From NCBI GenBank assembly GCA_029882975.1, contig JAOUJW010000015.1, forward strand, positions 6,450-70,449: a DNA stretch of 64,000 nt, read 5' to 3'. The notes beneath the pieces were generated by a model that made no database searches, was not told where the DNA came from, and was given only the letters and a program-made list of their open reading frames with translations. The stretch comes from Gammaproteobacteria bacterium (GTDB lineage Bacteria > Pseudomonadota > Gammaproteobacteria > SZUA-152). Shown in pieces: positions 61,714 through 64,000 of this stretch. Both the position numbers and the translations under genes were made by a program. Position 1 is the first letter of the stretch; every line of letters begins with the position of its first letter.

Positions 61714-63039
61714 TCACGAAACCCGTTTTTTCAGGTCGTACTCCTTAATCAACACTCGTTTGGCTGGAAACCGAATTTGGAACACACTGCCCTTACCGGG
61801 CACGCTATTGATGGATAACTGGGCTTCATGGCGTTGCAACACATGTTTAACGATTGCCAGCCCCAGCCCGGTCCCTCCCTGCTCACGAGAGCGTCCAGGA
61901 TCCACCCGGTAAAAACGTTCAGTCAGACGGGAGATATGTGCCGCCGGGATTCCCATACCATCATCCTTAACTTCAAAAAAAGCCATTCCATCCTCGGAAT
62001 ACCAGCGAATTTCAATACACCCTCCTTTTCCGGTATATTTCACTGCATTGGACACGATATTGGAAAAAGCACTGTGCAACTCTTTTTCGCTCCCCATGAT
62101 TTGCAAAAAGGGTTCGTTCTCCAGCGTTATAGTGCGCTCATCCTTAGCAAGCAGCTGTGCATCCTGTTTGATGGAATTTAACAACAGCGCAACTGGAACC
62201 GGCTCCGGTCGCAGAACATCATCCGATTCCAACTTGGACAACATCAACAAATCTTCCACTATCTGACTCATGCGAGCGGTTTGCTGTACCATTTGTTGTA
62301 ATGCTTTTTTCGATGCCGGAGACCACTGCTGGTCTTTATCATCATCCAGAAAATTTTCCAGATAACCAAACATGACCGTTAAGGGGGTTTTCAATTCGTG
62401 AGAAATATTAGCAACGAAATCACGACGCACCTGCTCCAGATGATGTAACCGAGTAATGTCCCGTACCACCATGAGCATTTGATTTTTCGCATAAGGAACC
62501 ATGCGTATCGAGAGAATTCGCTGTTCGTCCACAGGAGACGAAATTACCACCGGATCTTCCGATTCTTCACTGCTAACCAACAGCTTAACAAAAGCAGGAT
62601 TACGAATGAGATTGTCAATACGCTGCCCCACATCTTTTTTCTTTTTTAAACCCAAGTACAATTTAGCGGCTTTATTGAACCACTCAATTTCACCGTATTC
62701 GTTCAAGACGACGGTAGCATCAGGCATGGCAGAAGTGGACTTTTGAAACCGATTCAGCATATTAGCCAACTTACGCTTACTTTCCCGGTTACGCTGTTTT
62801 AAGCGGTATATGTGGTAGAACACATCACCCCATATACCCATTCCATCAGGAGGATCCTGGCGCTGCCCCTTGCGGAACCAACGCTCCAACTTATACAAAT
62901 TCCTTAGATGCCAACCAAAATAAACACCCAACCAGATACCCATTACAGTGGACACGCGCCCAACTACTGAGCCAATGACGAGCGCCAATAAACTCAGCAT
63001 TAGCAATCGCCAGAATTCTCGTAACCAGGGGTTAGCCAA
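61714..63039 (-). CDS. phoR: Phosphate regulon sensor histidine kinase PhoR
   Basis: 441 aa. TM, PAS and HisKA (..ANISHELKTPLT..) plus HATPase_c. Immediately downstream of phoB. Confidence 0.9.
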   Translation of the reverse strand: MANPWLREFWRLLMLSLLALVIGSVVGRVSTVMGIWLGVYFGWHLRNLYKLERWFRKGQRQDPPDGMGIWGDVFYHIYRLKQRNRESKRKLANMLNRFQKSTSAMPDATVVLNEYGEIEWFNKAAKLYLGLKKKKDVGQRIDNLIRNPAFVKLLVSSEESEDPVVISSPVDEQRILSIRMVPYAKNQMLMVVRDITRLHHLEQVRRDFVANISHELKTPLTVMFGYLENFLDDDKDQQWSPASKKALQQMVQQTARMSQIVEDLLMLSKLESDDVLRPEPVPVALLLNSIKQDAQLLAKDERTITLENEPFLQIMGSEKELHSAFSNIVSNAVKYTGKGGCIEIRWYSEDGMAFFEVKDDGMGIPAAHISRLTERFYRVDPGRSREQGGTGLGLAIVKHVLQRHEAQLSINSVPGKGSVFQIRFPAKRVLIKEYDLKKRVS

Positions 63040-63041
63040 AA

Positions 63042-63734
63042 TTACTCCCTTATGGAAAAACGATAACCGGCGCCACGAACCGTTTGAATCTTCTGGTCAT
63101 AACCGCCAATACATAGAGCTTTTCGCAGGCGACGAATATGTACGTCCACTGTTCGGTCTTCTATATACACATTGCTCCCCCACACATGGTCAAGCAATTG
63201 CCCACGGCTGTGGACCCGTTCCGGGTGCTGCATGAGAAAACGCAACAACTTAAATTCAGTGGGACCCATGTCTATAGCTGCATCGCAAATTGTTACTCTG
63301 TGGCCTGCCATATCCAGTTTCAAATCATCAACTTCCAAAATCTCTCCCAGAGCTTGTTTTGGTGTGGAACGACGTAAAACCGCATTTATTCTGGCGACCA
63401 GTTGCTTAGGAGAAAACGGCTTGCTGACATAATCGTCCACTCCTACATCAAAGCCTTTTAAGGTGTCCTCTTCGCTATTTTTTGCGGTCAGCATAATGAT
63501 AGGAAGTTGATTATGGATGGCATCTTTGCGTAACCGTCTGGCAAAATCAATACCACTCATACCCGGAAGCATCCAATCCAATAAGATCAGATCCGGTGAG
63601 GTTTGACGAATGACCTCCATGGCCTTACCTGCATCGGCAACGGCATTCCACTGAAACCCGGCCTTTTCCACCGTGTAACCAATCATATCACTGATTGCGA
63701 TTTCGTCTTCAATTACCAATATATACTGGGACAT
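63042..63734 (-). CDS. phoB: Phosphate regulon response regulator PhoB (OmpR family)
   Basis: 230 aa. Receiver with D-D-K. Winged-helix C-terminus ..VRGAGYRF. Confidence 0.95.
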   Translation of the reverse strand: MSQYILVIEDEIAISDMIGYTVEKAGFQWNAVADAGKAMEVIRQTSPDLILLDWMLPGMSGIDFARRLRKDAIHNQLPIIMLTAKNSEEDTLKGFDVGVDDYVSKPFSPKQLVARINAVLRRSTPKQALGEILEVDDLKLDMAGHRVTICDAAIDMGPTEFKLLRFLMQHPERVHSRGQLLDHVWGSNVYIEDRTVDVHIRRLRKALCIGGYDQKIQTVRGAGYRFSIRE

Positions 63735-63835
63735 AACTTAACAGTTTACTCTTAAAGACACCCAGTTTAAAACAACAACGTGACAGTTTGATAAAAAGCG
63801 TAAATCACTGTAATTAAAGAACAACTACATCACTA

Positions 63836-64000
63836 CTCAGCAATAGTATAGACAATGCGTACCTTACTGTTGCCTTGCACAGATTTGAGAGACACATAGC
63901 CAATCGCGCTCTCATTGCGTGACACGAAAGAAGCCACCAGACGGTCTTTCTTGGTTTTATGGATATTGCGCATTTGGTTAGTTATTTTCCGATTGGATGC
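63836..64000 (-). CDS. C-terminal end of an unidentified protein (partial; ends ...GYVSLKSVQGNSKVRIVYTIAE)
   Basis: Open frame running off the right edge of the window with a stop at 63836. Identity not established. Confidence 0.3.

Noticed and set aside
63770-63818. Pho box upstream of phoB
   Set aside because: Only one good CTGTCAC half-site, with no clear partner at 11-bp spacing. It is too weak to call as a feature.
1-64000. CRISPR arrays, tRNA or rRNA genes, IS elements or transposases, prophage genes, restriction-modification or other defence systems
   Set aside because: I saw none on reading through. There are no direct-repeat/spacer arrays, no tRNA-like T-arm signatures were noticed, and every large ORF is accounted for by housekeeping or Pho/isc/pilus functions.

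Overview
This 64-kb window looks like the chromosome of a Pseudomonas-like marine gammaproteobacterium (Pseudomonadales/Oceanospirillales), about 50% GC, and is almost entirely protein-coding. Its gene order matches P. aeruginosa PA3799-PA3818 (der ... suhB). From left to right it contains:
- der (partial), bamB, yfgM, hisS, ispG, rodZ, pilF/pilW, rlmN and ndk.
- an HDOD-domain gene, then iscX, fdx, hscA, hscB, iscA, iscS and iscR, then cysE and trmJ. This isc operon has no iscU.
- suhB, a pilU-like ATPase, a rhodanese, an FNR-like reductase, mltF, putA and a CnoX/YbbN-like thioredoxin.
- a less conserved stretch: an HxlR-family regulator, a small protein, a membrane ICMT-family methyltransferase, an RraB-like protein, a 636-bp AT-rich ORF-poor gap, a Cys-rich hypothetical plus an ABM monooxygenase, a TonB-dependent receptor plus tonB (with a KPKQ tandem repeat), and a LysR regulator with a small ORF and a membrane protein.
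- fimV, asd, leuB, leuD, leuC, a second LysR regulator, a YkgJ-like CxxC protein, convergent ppx and ppk, and an MgtC/DUF4010 membrane protein.
- a roughly 3-kb accessory module, described below.
- arsC, phoU, pstBACS (with a clear Pho box upstream of pstS), phoR, phoB and a partial gene at the right edge.

The accessory module (about 51.2-54.4 kb) is the most interesting part. It holds an integron-integrase-like tyrosine recombinase, and I could not find attI or attC sites by eye. Next to it are two paralogous 41- and 42-residue genes for signal-peptide-bearing peptides; the predicted mature peptides are about 20 residues and share the motif FY.Q.NIELDG.WGD.DC. Both peptide genes sit on duplicated upstream regulatory segments. 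Between them lie a convergent lipoprotein gene and a hypothetical gene. Other points worth a second look are the missing iscU, a long structured iscR-iscS spacer, alternative hairpins downstream of suhB, and a degenerate 12-mer repeat between leuD and leuB. I found no rRNA, tRNA, CRISPR array, IS element or prophage.
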